From Phoronis australis (taxonomy: Eukaryota; Animalia; Phoronida), in contig NMRA01000064.1 in NCBI GenBank assembly GCA_002633005.1, forward strand, positions 186,001-250,000: a stretch of 64,000 nt of DNA, written 5' to 3'. Position 1 is the stretch's first letter, and every line of letters begins with the position of its first letter. Below the pieces are notes generated by a model, which worked only from the letters and a program-made list of their open reading frames with translations, made no database searches and was not told where the DNA came from. A program made the position numbers and the translations under genes. This document shows positions 1-13,102 of this stretch, one piece after another.

Positions 1-1245
1 TTTATGCCGTAGCTTACGCTTATAAATTTACCCAAACAGAGGGCCATGGGGGCTGTTTGTGGAAATTCACGGTATAATTAGATCCACTGGCACTTGAGGT
101 TATCTGTTCCTCAATCACCACTGACATCACTCACAACTAATAAAACAAAAAGGTTGGACACTAAAAATCGGTTTGCTTAGAATTTTTTACTCAAATGTTT
201 ATCGAACAAATCCAGTCTTTGAACACCTTCTTTCACTTGATTACATCAAATTGCCTTGAAGTGGTGATTTGACGACAACAATGTCAAAACATCACTAATT
301 CAAGGAGGCTATTTTGTGACCTTCATGGCAGACGCCCTTCGCCCACATCGGATTTTTCATAGATGTCCCCGAAGCAATTCCAGGGCTTCGTTTTCGCGCG
401 CCCACGAATGTTATTTGAGTGCCCTCCACATAATCTAGTTAGTGTCAGTTTGAATGGTTTTGTAAAATAACGTTGTCTATAACCGAAGAACCATGGGTTG
501 CTGCCTACTAACTTACTGCGAAATCCGGCAGTTGCCGATAGATGATTTCCTGCGACTAAACGTGCCGTCGGACATTGGAAATCTCACGCCAACAGCCGAT
601 TGTTTGTTGTGCTTCAACCAAGAGTAGCACATAATGTCAAGATCAAACACAAGATACGCCACTTCTTGTAATTAAATTCTAGCTTAGGTGATGAAATGAG
701 CTATAAGACATAAGTGAAAGGCTAAGTAACCTCAATCATTTAAATTGGGAACAAATGTCTTGATTTTGACGTAGGGGTGGCTTGCTCTATATCGAAATTT
801 TTTCTTCGACACGGTACAAGTTAAAGCACAACTAAAATCCGCCACGTTAAAACTATTTAGTCTCCTTGAGTTCAGTTTTCTGTTTATGGAAATTCCGTCA
901 CCAGTTCACTACTCACAAGGACAATTTAATGGAATCGGGGGCAGATAAGGCTTCGGAGGTTTGTGTAATACCAGACAGAGGGAAGGAAGTGCACTCAGAT
1001 TTCTTTTGGATTTGGGACAGTTGAGGCTGGGAGCCTATGCTATGCAAAGTTTTAGTGTCCAAATTTTATGTTTCTTATGTGGTTTTGAGTCATTGGGATA
1101 TTCGTCTGCCTGTGTAAACCTTTGACACTCTCCGACATTCGTCATCAAATCTCTCTCCCTGACGGTCGCCAATTAGTCCAATCCTCACTTGTCATCCATT
1201 AATCCCTGGTTCAGTAAATAAACAGTGTAAGGACATTCATAAAAC

Positions 1246-1413
1246 ATCGTTTACATACCAATCCATGCAGTGAGAAGTTCCAAAAACTTATTTCCATATC
1301 CAAATAATGGTTCAAAAATGTTATTATACACGTGTGCATTGTAAGTTTGACGCGCGTCTTCGACATTTTTGTCGCGTGATCAAGTAAAAGCGAAGTCTGG
1401 CGCACATTATACA
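1246..1413. repeat. Dispersed repeat, copy 1 (direct repeat of 14795-14964)
   Basis: Collinear match with 14795-14964, including the exact block TTCAAAAATGTTATTATACACGTGTGCATT and CGCGTGATCAAGTAAA. Confidence 0.85.
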
Positions 1414-1490
1414 GAAGCCCTGATGATATAAATCTTTCCATGTCGCCAACCAAGAGAAGGGCTTCATGAAAACTAAAATGCAGTAAGGTT

Positions 1491-1560
1491 TCATCATCAT
1501 CATCATCACCACCACCACCATCACCATGACCATCATCATACGATCATCATCATCATAATC
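1491..1560. repeat. (CAT)n/(CAC)n trinucleotide microsatellite
   Basis: tcatcatcatcatcatcaccaccaccacca... is directly visible and explains the poly-M/V ORF 1324..1539. Confidence 0.9.
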
Positions 1561-1590
1561 ACGGCATGCAGAAAAAGAAAGAACGTCACT

Positions 1591-1596
1591 TTTATT
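1591..1596 (-). terminator. Candidate polyadenylation signal (AATAAA) of the large membrane-protein gene
   Basis: tttatt on + strand, about 270 nt downstream of the stop codon at 1867. Confidence 0.5.
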
Positions 1597-1866
1597 TTAC
1601 ATGGTCATATAAAACAAACAAACAAACAATGTGCAAATCGATATGTTAATTATTTCTGGTCAATTAAAACATACCCAATCAACAGAAGACATCTTTAATA
1701 CAAAAGCGAACCGTTGCCTTGAATTCTATAATCTTGAGACATTTTAATTGAATCTTGATTACTCGTCATGCGCTCCTCAGCAGATTATAAGAACAACATC
1801 TAACAAAAACAAGAATGTACAACAGTAATCGCTGACGCTCCTGGGACCAACCTTTTGTCAGTAGCT

Positions 1867-2350
1867 CTAGCCAAGAAGTTGATCATCAGGTATGAAACGT
1901 TCAAATACAGTATTAAGGGTCACGCGCGTTCCCAAAATAAATAAATTGCGTTCTTCACCACCGGAATCATCCGACGACTCGCTACACGAATAGTTTGCAT
2001 TCATGTTTCTCTTCATCCATTTCTTTACTGCTTTCTTTTCAACGCCCTCCTTTCGCTTCTGCCACTTTGCAACAACTTCCGCTTTCAATTCCTCTTCTCT
2101 CTGTTTTTGTAAAGCTTCCATTTCAACCTTAAATTCTCTTGCCACAATCGTTAAAATAAAAATTTGCCTATCATCCACGGCTGGAGTGGGTATTTGGTCA
2201 ACCATTCGCAGACATTGGTCGCATATTCCCAAAGCCCACGCGTGAAAAATCGCGGCTCCCAAGCTCAATCGATTTACTTCCTCGTCCGTGTACCTTAACA
2301 AGATCTCAAGAGCGCGTGCTGCTATTTCCGGGTGAAGGAATCTCACGCCA
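1867..2350 (-). CDS. C-terminal part of the large membrane protein (second half of MTBD-like domain plus basic/acidic tail), in the -1 frame relative to the 1974-aa ORF
   Basis: VRFLHPEIAARALEILLRYTDEEVNRLSLGAAIFHAWALGI continues the domain begun in the upstream ORF; compare the dynein stalk pattern V..xS.AA..L..WV. The frames switch at AAG TTT TTG GCG TGA. Confidence 0.75.
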
Positions 2351-5300
2351 AAAACTTTATGCGCATCAGCAACCCTGGATAGTCGCCCACGCGTATTGTG
2401 CAACAACGGTTCCTACAAACCAGCCAGTCAGATGTTATGTCTTCCGTGTCTCCAAGAATCAATAGCACAGCCTTCATCACATCGTGAACGCATACAGGAG
2501 GACATTTGTAACTCCTAATCTCCAACATCAAAGATCTGTCCAGCTCAAGAATTTTCACCTTTAAATTTTCTACACGTTCCATAGATTTGAGAGCGACTTT
2601 TGCGTTATCCATTTCAACTGAAACCCATTTTTCGCCACCCATTCGTAACAAACGATCAAGTACAATTTTCAAACGTCTATAGTCATGTTTTTTTATGGCC
2701 CGTGTCATGGCATTCCTTTCTCGAGCGACTGCCAGTACGTTTTCTGTTTCCTGTAGTAATACAGTGTCTCCAGTACCTATAACAGCTCTATGTCGATGAA
2801 CAAAATCAATGTACCTTTTTAGTGCATCCTCTATTGTCCTTTCGTTCAACGTTTCGTGGGCTGAGAGCAAATCTTCCTTGAGTTTCAACTCTCTTTCTTT
2901 TACACAATTATTGAATTGAATAGGATCATTCAGTATAGCGTTTGCTTTTTCCACGAGACTTCTGTGTTCGTCAGCGTCATAAGGTGATAAGTTACAAAAA
3001 TTCACATACTCTGCCAAAGCCTCCTTTATTTTATCGACGTCAGCAGTATCTATTGCTTGTCGGAGACGTTCAACGTATTCTTCTTTCTTTGCTTTAGAAA
3101 TAAATTCTTTAGCTTTCTTAACCAATTTATCATCAATTTTCAAATTGCGCTTAGCCATACATTGTGTATACGCACTTAAGGTCCCGATGATTTCATCGGC
3201 ATTGTCATTTTCGCTCATGTTTAATAGTTTTGTTTGAAGCGCCACAACGGGATCTTTCCTTTCTCGCTCCTTTTGACGTAATGTTTGCAGACAGTCATCC
3301 ACTAATGCCGAGTCTAGCTTGCAAATCTTTGGATGTGCTTTGCAATAATCCCGGTATGCTTGCAATCTCTCTTGAATTAAACTTTCATTACCAGCTTCGT
3401 TTCCCGAAACCAATAACTTATTTAAATGGTCACCTTCAGCTTTAATACGGTTTATCTCTGCTTCTTTCTTAAGTATCACATCCTTGGCACGAGAAACTAG
3501 AATCGAATCTAGGTGTAAAACGTCCGCGTGAGCTTCATGGAACCTCGTGTATCTGTCAAGCGGTTTCCGAACTTCGTCTATTGTCGAACACAGCACAGTT
3601 ATGGCGCGAACTAGACAGTCGCGTAGAACCTTGAACTTCTTTTCTTCTGGTGTTTGTCGATTTCTAAAGACTTTTTTGTAGCCATGTACTTCAATCTCTT
3701 CATTCGTAATGTTCGCATTATCTTCCTGTCTTTTCTCTGGTTCAGTAAGTGGTTCGGGTGTTTCTTCTGCCACGTCTTTTTGTAAAGTACACTGTTCCTT
3801 AGAATCGAATTCAGTACCTTCTTGCTCTTTGGTATCACTTCTAGCCAGTTGATTATCGACAGTTTCAGAAAGCTTGAAGCTAGTCTTTTGAAATGCAGCA
3901 GCCTCGCTCAATCCAAAATCTAGTTGATACGGACTTGCCTTAGTACTAGCGTCTTTTCGTGGTGAAATGTGCTTGAGTTCATGGGTGCTAATTCTTTCTT
4001 CAAGGTTTACTTCTCCAGAAGAGCTCGTGTGTTTATTAATCCAATCCGAGACCTTTCTAATTAAACTTTCGTCTCTTTTGAATTCTGGTAGATTTTTCTC
4101 TAAAAATAATTCATAATTATGAAGCGCCACCGTCACATCTTCAATGTGTGTTGCATCACTGCCGACCAGATCTTTCAATTTCCCTTTCAGATCCTCGTGC
4201 TCAACAATTTTGGACAACTTGGATAAAATGTTTTTAGAACAATTTATTAGTTGAAAGTCTTCTTTGAGTTCGTGCTGCCGATTCTGCCACAAAGAAACGT
4301 TCTTTGCAGCAGCCCTTTGCATCTCCAACGTATTGGTTTCCCAAAAATGAATATAGCTTGCTAATGTATCTGTAATTATGGGTTTGCTTAAAGTTTTGTT
4401 AGCCTCTTCGAGTTGTGCCGTCAATTCCTTCCCTTCACGAACGAGTTGAGAAAGTTTAGAATCTTGCTCGTCTTTTCTCAAGTCCCGTTTTTCCCGTTGC
4501 TCACTTACCGTACTCGATGTCGTGTTCTTTGTCGTGAACCCCTCAGTCATGTTAAGTTCTTCAGCACCCCCTTCGCCAGGGCGTGATTTCACCCTTGACG
4601 CTTTACTTTGTTCTTCTTTTCTACTTGCTTTTACCATTTCGTCATTGGCCTTACTAACATCCCCCACTACTCTTGGTGGTACGCTACACTCTCTGGTCTC
4701 CTTTACCTTTGCAAGGTCCACTTTAACTTGATTTGACTTAACCTTCTCTTCTTTATGTGAAGCAGATGCATCTTTTGGATGCTGCTTCCTTTTCTCTTGT
4801 ACTAACGTGCCGGGTGTATGCTTCTCTAACCAAGCCCTGGTCATGTTAACAAGGCGAATGTCTTCTTTAAATTTTTTCCTGTGTGTTTCAATAAACGTCT
4901 TATATCTCTGCAGGGCTTCTTCAACTTCTTTGGGTAATGTATCATAGTTACTAGTTAGTTCTTCTATTGTTGTCCTCAGTACCTCGTGATCGACATCTGA
5001 TTGGGAAACTGTCTCTCCCACCTCCTCATCCCCATCACTACCTTGGTGCCCTTCTTTTTTGTTTGATTCAACATTTCTGCCATTGACCGTAGCCTCTTCC
5101 ACCCCAAATTGTGATGGCTCGTAACACTGTTTGAATGCCATCACCTCTCCATGTTCCTCATTAGTTGGTTTTGATTCAGGTTTAACTTTTACAACTGAAG
5201 CAGGTGGGTCTTCTGGGTATGATTTCTTTTCGTCTTTTCCCGAAGTATCGCTTTTATGTTTCTGTAACCAGACTCTGACCTTTTCAATGAGCAACTTGTC

Positions 5301-8257
5301 TTCTTTAAATTTACCCGGGTGATTTGCAATAAATGAAAGATACCTTTTCAGACTTACTTCTACTTCTGTGGGAGACGTATCTTCGTCCTTCGTCAGTTCT
5401 TCAAGGATCGTCTTCAATCCCTCGTGATCGAAGGTTGACTGGGACAGTGTTTTGAACAAAAGTCTTTTAGAACGAGCTACAAGAGCAAAGTCTTCTTCAA
5501 GTTCGGTTTTATAATCCTGCCACGACATCCCTTGCCTTGGAGCTGCTCGCTGCATAACTGATTTATTTTTGTCTCTGAAGTTCAGATACTGTGTTAGCGC
5601 TATTGTAATAGCCGATTCATCTTGCTCCGTATTTGCTTTCTCTAATTTCGCCTTCAATTCTTTGTTTTGGTCCAATAGTTGATGAACGTTGCTGTCAGCA
5701 GAAAGCGCTTTCGTTCTTACCTTTTTAGTATGTTGATCACCTACCTGTAGATACGAATTTGCCTGTCCCTTTGATACGCTAAGCATAGGATTCTGAATCC
5801 AAAATGTGACCTTTTCAATGAGATTAGCATCTTCTTTAAACCTCCCTTTGTGTTTTTGAATAAAAGCTTTGTATTCTTCCAGTTTTAATTTAACTTCGCC
5901 TACTGGTGCCGTGTTATTTTCAATAAAGTCTTGCAGATTTAGCTCCAATGAAAGTTTAGATTTAATTTCAGACAAAAATTTCTTTGACCGAGCTACTAAC
6001 CCAGTATCTTGTTTAAGGTCATTCTTTTGGAATTCGCTTGACGAAGCATCCACTTCTCTCAGCGTCATTTTGTTCTGTTTCCAGAAATTAAGATATTGCG
6101 CAAGAGCTTCGCCTATAACATGCTCATCATGTTCTATGTTTGCTTTCTCCAGCTTAACCTTTAGATCCTTCCCTTGCTCTATGAGGTGAGCAACTTTGGC
6201 ACCATAGTTTGCACTTTCTGTATCAACAGCAACACTAAGCGATACACTCTCTTCTTGTTTTCGTGGTGGCCGCACTTTGCTGTTCTCGATGTCTTTAATG
6301 TGATGCGGCAAGGCTGAATCACTAGCTGCTGTGACATCAGTTTTACTAGAAATGCATCTCATGTTAGGGACCGTCGTATTTCCCTTTACCTTAACAGCTC
6401 GCCAGGGGGGCTCTTCGGAATCCGCCATTGTGTCTGTAAAGTAGTCCCTTGCTTCCGACGTCTTATCACTACTGGAACTAGGTGTTGTTTTGTTGAAACA
6501 GTGAAGGCCAGTTTCCCCAACAATTCCCCCGGAAGTTTTGTGCAAATCTTCACTGTAATGAAATGATGCTTCAGATGCATCTGTTTTGCCTCCACTTACT
6601 TCAGCTTGATTAGACGATTTCCCGTTTCCATCAATCGGTTTACTACTTGTGTGCCTTTGAAGCCATTGAGACGTTTTTTCAACAAGACTGGTGTCTTCTT
6701 CAAACTTATCTTTATGTATTGCAATGAATGCTTGATATTTCTCCAAAGCTAGCCTAACATAGTCAATTGTCGTGTTGTCGTCATCAAGTAAGTTTTGAAG
6801 ATTCATCTCTAACGTTAATCTGGATTTTATCGTTGATAGAAGCCTTTTCGAGCGCTTCACAAGCTCTGGATCTTGTTTGAGCTCTTCTTTACCGAATGTG
6901 CCGCATCGTTTAGCCTCCACATGCATGGAGAGTTCATTGAGCTGCCAGAAATTGAGATAATCTGTAAGTGCTTCACTGATAGCCAGTTCGTCTAAATCGT
7001 TGTTGGCTCTCAGGAGGTTCATCTTAAACTGCTTCCCTTGTGCTACGAGGTTGTGAAGTTGCAGATCACTAAGTGGTCGCGCATTCTCGTCTAACGCGCA
7101 TTCGCCCCCCGATAGCTGCAAGCCTGGAACAATAGTGACAGGAAACTCTCTAGATGCTGGAAGCTGAATTTTATTTTTCTCCAGTTCAATACGCTCATCT
7201 CTGTTATCACTGGTGTCTTTTGTTTCATCGAATTCATCATAATGCCGCGCATTGTTCATTTCTCTGCTGATTACTTGTTCCACGTCGTTCGTGTGTGAAT
7301 TTGATAGTGGATAATGTCTTTGTTCGGTCTCATCGTCTATGATGTCGATCTCTGAACAATTTTTGATTTTTGTCTCACAACCATCAACTAGGTCTTCGTC
7401 TCTTCTAACACGATCTTGATAGTTTGCTTTTGGTTTCGCTTGCAGGTCTCCTCCTTGGAGGCAAAACATTTGCTCATTATGTGATTGTAAGAACCTCCTT
7501 TCAGAATGTTTTTCAATCCACAAGGTGACTAATTGCAAAAGACCTTCATCTTTTGTAAACGTTTCTTTGTGTTTTGAAATCAATTCGTTGTACCTTTGCA
7601 AAGTCGTCTCCACTTCAGAAACAGGTGTATCGTCCACCATTATGAGTTCACGTAGTTGTGACTTCAGCAGAGAATGCTGCGTGTTTAAGGCTGATTGTAA
7701 ATCATTGAGTAGGTCCTTCGTTGCTTTAATGAGGCCAGCATCTTCTTCAAAACAATATCGTCCCTCTTGCCATTTGATACCTTCCTCTACAGCCATCTCT
7801 TGTATATTGAGTTTGTTTTCTTGCCAAAAGTTGCAGTACTGTTTTAAGGCTTCCGTGATAGTAAAACAATCTAGTTCACCATTCGCTTTCTTGAGCAATT
7901 CCTTCAGGTAATTCCCTTGCTCCATGAGATGTCGAAGTTTGATCTCGCGGAGAAACGTCCGCGCTTGATCAAGCAACTCTTGCACATTTCTATGGCTCTC
8001 CACATGCGTTTTGTGTTTCTCCAGACAAGCCTCTATCTTGTCCGCCTGTCTCGAAGAATGTGCCGCCTGCAGCTCCTGGACAAGACAGGCGTTGGTTCTT
8101 AAAACAGTTTCCAAAGCAGATTCTGGCGCTGTTGCTAATTTCTCCCTCATTTTACGTTGGTGCATATACCAGACGTATATAAAAGTGCCCCCCAGCAGAC
8201 ACAGGCCGACAGTACCAACAACAACCACGGCGATTATGGTCCCCGATTCACTGGAGG
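2343..8257 (-). CDS. Giant coding exon of an uncharacterised single-pass membrane protein with helical repeats and a dynein-MTBD-like C-terminus
   Basis: 5.9-kb stop-free ORF. TM helix IIAVVVVGTVGLCLLGGTFIYVWY is followed by basic HQRKMREK. Repeats of types Y.NFW..N and F..D..L...V..W..KH recur. LDRSLMLEIRSYKCPPVCVHDVMKAVLLILG...DW resembles the dynein MTBD (EIKS...PP..V..VM.AV..LLG...W). Acceptor gttatgttcacag|CC at 8258/8257. Confidence 0.9.
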
Positions 8258-9118
8258 CTGTGAACATAACGAGGCACTTTGAAGCTGGATTTTAGCCTGT
8301 TTACTGAGCACGCTAAATCGAATAACGAATGTTTCCTTTCATTCTCTTAAAATCGGACTCTCAATATTCCACTATCGTGTTAGGAATTCATTTCAATTAT
8401 TAACAAGAACACCGAAACACCCCCGAACTAAAAACAACATTTCAAGAATTTATTAAGGTTGGCCTGTGGCTTGAGTTGGTAACGGAAATAGATTCTTATC
8501 AAAGTGAGGAATATTATGAGACCGACTTTATGAGAGAAACTGGCCTAATGCCTAATTTCGTATTTTGCCATAAAGCTAAAAAGGGCGAAGTGCAACTCTA
8601 ACTGTAAAAATAAAAACATACCACACTTGTATAACCTACATTACTGAATCTAATTTATCGTGCACTAACACATCTAGGGTACCACAAGGCTAAGCCCGCA
8701 ACCAAAGTTTCCTGGGGAGAACTGCATACGTTTTTGGTCATGCCCGGAGCATCCCTAATTCTGCTTATGACGTGCTTGTTAAAATGCATCGGACCTTCTG
8801 CCACAGTTAGGTATGGTTTTGTTTCGTGCAAAAATAGATGGTTTCGTAAGAACAAAAAGTGGTACGCGGGAGAAGAAATGCAGTTCGTGAAAAAAGAATT
8901 AATTTGGTGACAACAAAACACGCAGTTTGTAAGGGAAGAAGATGTGTTCATATTGAAGTAATATGACACACGCTCTTGCAATAAAAACAGTGCGCAATTA
9001 CAGTTCATTGGCTTGCAACAGTCAAGCTTTCACTAAAAAATCTTAAATCATATCAATTCAAGTCAGCTAAGTTTAGTTTCGAGTAATCCAGTTAGTCTAG
9101 TTGAACCATTCTTCTCAC

Positions 9119-9176
9119 CTGGTTCTGTTGTTGCTGCAGGGATCGCTGTACCATTCAACGGGCTCCCAGCAGCCAT
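9119..9176 (-). CDS. First coding exon of the large membrane protein (MAAGSPLNGTAIPAATTEP)
   Basis: Acceptor tttttatttgcttag| at 9182/9181, ATG at 9176 in context GTCATGG, donor CAG|gtgaga at 9119/9118. Phase 1 matches the acceptor at 8257 (G|CC = Ala). Confidence 0.8.
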
Positions 9177-10782
9177 GACAACTAAGCAAATAAAAACGCA
9201 AGTTATAGTCAGCTGTATGCAAAATTTTCAAACTGTTACAGGCGTTTACGTCACATTAGGCCTACGGTGCATTACGCTAAAAAGAAATTTATAGATATTC
9301 TTTCAACTAACAAAAAGACAGTTAAACGAAGTTGAACGGCACAAATTGCACTGTCGTGTTTGTCAATGTCTGATGACGACCGTAACACTGCTATAGAACC
9401 GCTTTTCGTTATGAAATAAACTTCTACTTCAGACAAGTTACAGATATCAAATTGGTCTCAAAGTATTCCTTAGTCAGGTTAGAGGTGATTTTTTTTGGCT
9501 TGGAAAGAACATACTGTTAGTTATTGGTTTAGATAATGCTCCACAAGTTGGCTTGTCACGGCGACCCATTTTATGTCCTGAACATGGTCTCATGCAGTAA
9601 CGAAATGCCATTTTCTCACATGACCAGGACTGTTTAATAACACCGAGTACGTATTTTTATATTACATGGGCAAATCACAAAGTAATGCAATGTAGAAATC
9701 CATATGCCTTACATTTTATCGTCTGCAAAACACTAAAACAACCAAACGCGCGCCAACCAAACAATGCCGGAATTCCGAGACGGTGACAAGGTTATGATTG
9801 ACAAATCAGGTGTCGCAACTGTACGTACTCCCAGTCGGAAGGACATGCAAACAACTTTTTAAACGGACCCATCTCAGGGGCGGATTTATATGTAGGGGGG
9901 CCAGGGCAGAGTATTAGCCAGGGTTTGCCCGTCAGACATTGGCACCGCCGAACTGCCAAATGGAATGTGGGTGTTTTAGGGGGGGGGGGGGGNAAAAGCG
10001 TCAGAGTGTAACCTTTGTTGTGGATCTGAAATAATACTTGGCTTTTGCTTATTTTTTAAAATAAAGAGCTCGGAAAGCATTGGCTTTCGGTAAAATGCCT
10101 TGCGTCTCGTAAAATCGACAATTTCTAATTGTTATTTGCAATTCCAGGATTCTTAAGAAGAGACGTGTGACGTTTATAGTTTAATCGTCCCTGGTGACAC
10201 CTTTGTTAGTTATGATTTGTGAAATAATTTGAGATATTTACCAATACAAGCTGGTCCTTGTGTGAGACGGCGATCGGGAACGATGTCGTAAATTCTTTAT
10301 GGCGATGGTGAACGCACATGATTTTTTTTCTCTGAATCGACCTGAATAGTCGTTCAAGTTACGGTATTATGTCAATAATTTTAGAATAATACGGAAACTG
10401 AATTAGTTGGTGGGTTGGTTATTAATTACATTTCATCGTTTTTTCATTATTTCTAAGGAAGATTTAGCCTAACAAACATAAGTGAATGCGTTTGATTTTT
10501 TTCAGTTGAACTGTAGCCACACGAGTCCTTCAGGGTGATAACGTCCACGCCTCCTAGAAAGAGTAGTACAACTGCTGCATGTCACAACGGAGTGTGTGTG
10601 TGTGTGTTGTGGAGCCTTGTTAAGGAACTAAGAAATCGACTTAGTATGACCACATGGCAATAAAATACAGTGACACTACAACAAGGCAAGACCTTTACCA
10701 GCCCTTGCGTGCGTCAAGAGTTTTTTAGCAATATAATAAAACAGAGCATGTAGCATCGTGCTCAGGAACCAAGTCGATTCAG

Positions 10783-10936
10783 TGTCCTATCTGTGATCAA
10801 TGTCTCACGGAAAGAGTAAGCCTGATGCGACATTGCGTCACAGCAGGAGGACATTCCTTTTTGTGGTGAATGTGTCATGTCATGCAAACAGTATGCCTCC
10901 TTCTACAGGCATAGCAAGCAGAAACGTCATGAATGA
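10783..10936 (+). pseudogene. Decayed pair of C2H2 zinc fingers, probably a transposon-derived relic
   Basis: CPICDQCLTERVSLMRH...H and, after a frameshift, CGECVMSCKQYASFYRHSKQKRHE*; both have C-x2-C-x12-H spacing. Confidence 0.6.
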
Positions 10937-13102
10937 AATCATTAAGTCCAGTGGTAAAGGTTGTTAAGTCATTATAGGTTATTCAGATTTACAGAGTTTA
11001 TGGTTCGTAGTTGTCTGATGTGATAATATTTTGATGTTTTGTTTTGAACCTTTTTTCCTCAAGTTTCTTTCTATATTTGTGTTATTTCAAAAGGATCTTT
11101 TACAGAACCAGTACATTTATGTAGTGTTTAGGTAGATTTAAATGGCCATACTAAGTGTCATTGGGCAATACTTACATACAATTGTTCTGACCAATTAATA
11201 TCTTAAAAGAAAATATATGTCTTTGATTATTGTAGAAATTGCTTTCATATAGTTGTTGATTTCGTGTGACAGACTATTATACTATCAACCAGTCCTAAAT
11301 ACATTGTCTATGATTCAGTGATGGTTTAGTTTAATACATTCCAAAAGTACTTCGTTGGAAATGTTCAATGGATTTGTTATGTTGATTTCCCTAAAGCAAT
11401 AAATTTATATATTTTTGTAAGACCAATTTTGAAGTTCGTGTGATAAAAGATTAATATTATAATACAAATGCTATAGTATTGTTGATTTCCTGTGTAAATC
11501 ACTACAGTGTGTAGTTGAAGTGAGGTTAATGACAACATGTTGACTACGTTTTGAGAAAATCACAATATAGTATGTGTATTATAATTGTCTCAATCTTTTT
11601 CAATGTCACATTAAGCTGGAGATCATGAACTGATGATGCAAGTGAACTTCGGACCAAGACTACAACACAGAAGAGTCAAACACAACGTACATTCAAGCCA
11701 CACGAGTGCCACAAGTCAATCTGTTCATCTCTGTATCGATGTTATCAGTAAAACATTATGTAAAATCCCACCCACATGAGTTTACACAACTTCTTTCCAA
11801 TTTTTAGATTCCAGGCGTTTATGAGTGGGAATCTTTGAATCATTTCGTGAAGTGTTGCCGTACTCCCCTCTCTCCTCATGCCATGGGCAAGCTTATCATC
11901 ATTCTTAATTGACTTCACTGCTTTCACTGTTTTTTTTCCTTTTGCTGTCACAACTTTACAGGAAGATTCTACACTCGCTTTCATTTCGGTGCTGTAACAA
12001 TTTGTTTACACCTGGCTGACACGCCACATGGAACAACTCCTGGGTGAGTCTTCAGTTTAGAAACCCTTGTTCTCAGTAGTTTCCAGTCTCAAAGTAGATG
12101 CCTGTACTTTTCAAAACCCTGGTAGTGTGTACCTTTACGTCGTGGGTAACATGTTCGTTGAAGCTCGCCTCACAATAACAGTGAACTTGTTTCCTGAAAT
12201 GAAAATAAATTCGTTTGTGAAACTAAAATATTATGCTTGATGTACATGTAATGCTCATGGCAATTCAATGGAATATGCTATGTTGTTCAGTTTTGATACG
12301 AAAGTAACTCAGTAATGACACAAAATGTGATTAATTCATTGCACTACACTTATTTTGTATTCGCGTTTTATAAGTAAAAAGTTCATTACTGTTCGACACA
12401 CCACGATGCGTTCCCGATCGCATAAACAAACACAAATTTGCGTTCCCGATCGCTTATCGTTGCGTTCTCGATCGCATCTTTGAGCAGAAAAGCGTCGAAA
12501 AATCAGAGATCCTGACAAAACTAAAAAAAACAAGCGTTGCGTTATATTTTCACGCGTCATTTCTTCATAACTCCATGGTCAATTTATTGATTTAGCGCCA
12601 AAAATAACGGCAATTTGCCAAAATGACACACAAATCACCTTCGGCTTAAGCGATGCCTCGGTCAACGTAACTTTTCTCCTATTTTTGGAAGAGACACTAA
12701 CCTAAACCTCTACCTGCCCTTCCTCAATGTGTTACGCCTTGAAATCATGTCTCTGTTTTCACATTGGAAGTAAAAACAACGAAAATTCATCAAATTTACT
12801 CACCTTGCCTGGCTTCGCTTCCCGCGCCAAATTTTGTTCTCGATCGCGGGTTGGCCGGGGTGCCAAGTTGTAATATAACACCTTCAAAGACTATTCATTA
12901 GATTCTAACTTGCATATTTGCTACAAAAGCTGAATGCAATTTACATTTGCTAAGCTTAAAATAAACCTATTCACAAAAATAGCCGAATTACTTACATTGC
13001 GCAAGTGTGTTTTTACAAAAGTTGAGTCGTGTGGTTGAAAGTTTTAGACACGTCGAGTTTTTTAGCCAAAAAGATCGTTTTTACGGTTCTTGTGAGAAAA
13101 CA

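Noticed and set aside
1867-2406. 179-aa ORF as an independent gene
   Set aside because: It has a non-ATG start and encodes the second half of a domain begun in the upstream ORF.
2343-8267. Viral or retroelement polyprotein with gag-pol-like frameshift
   Set aside because: No RT, protease, integrase or capsid motifs and no LTRs were seen; the gene has a spliced upstream exon.
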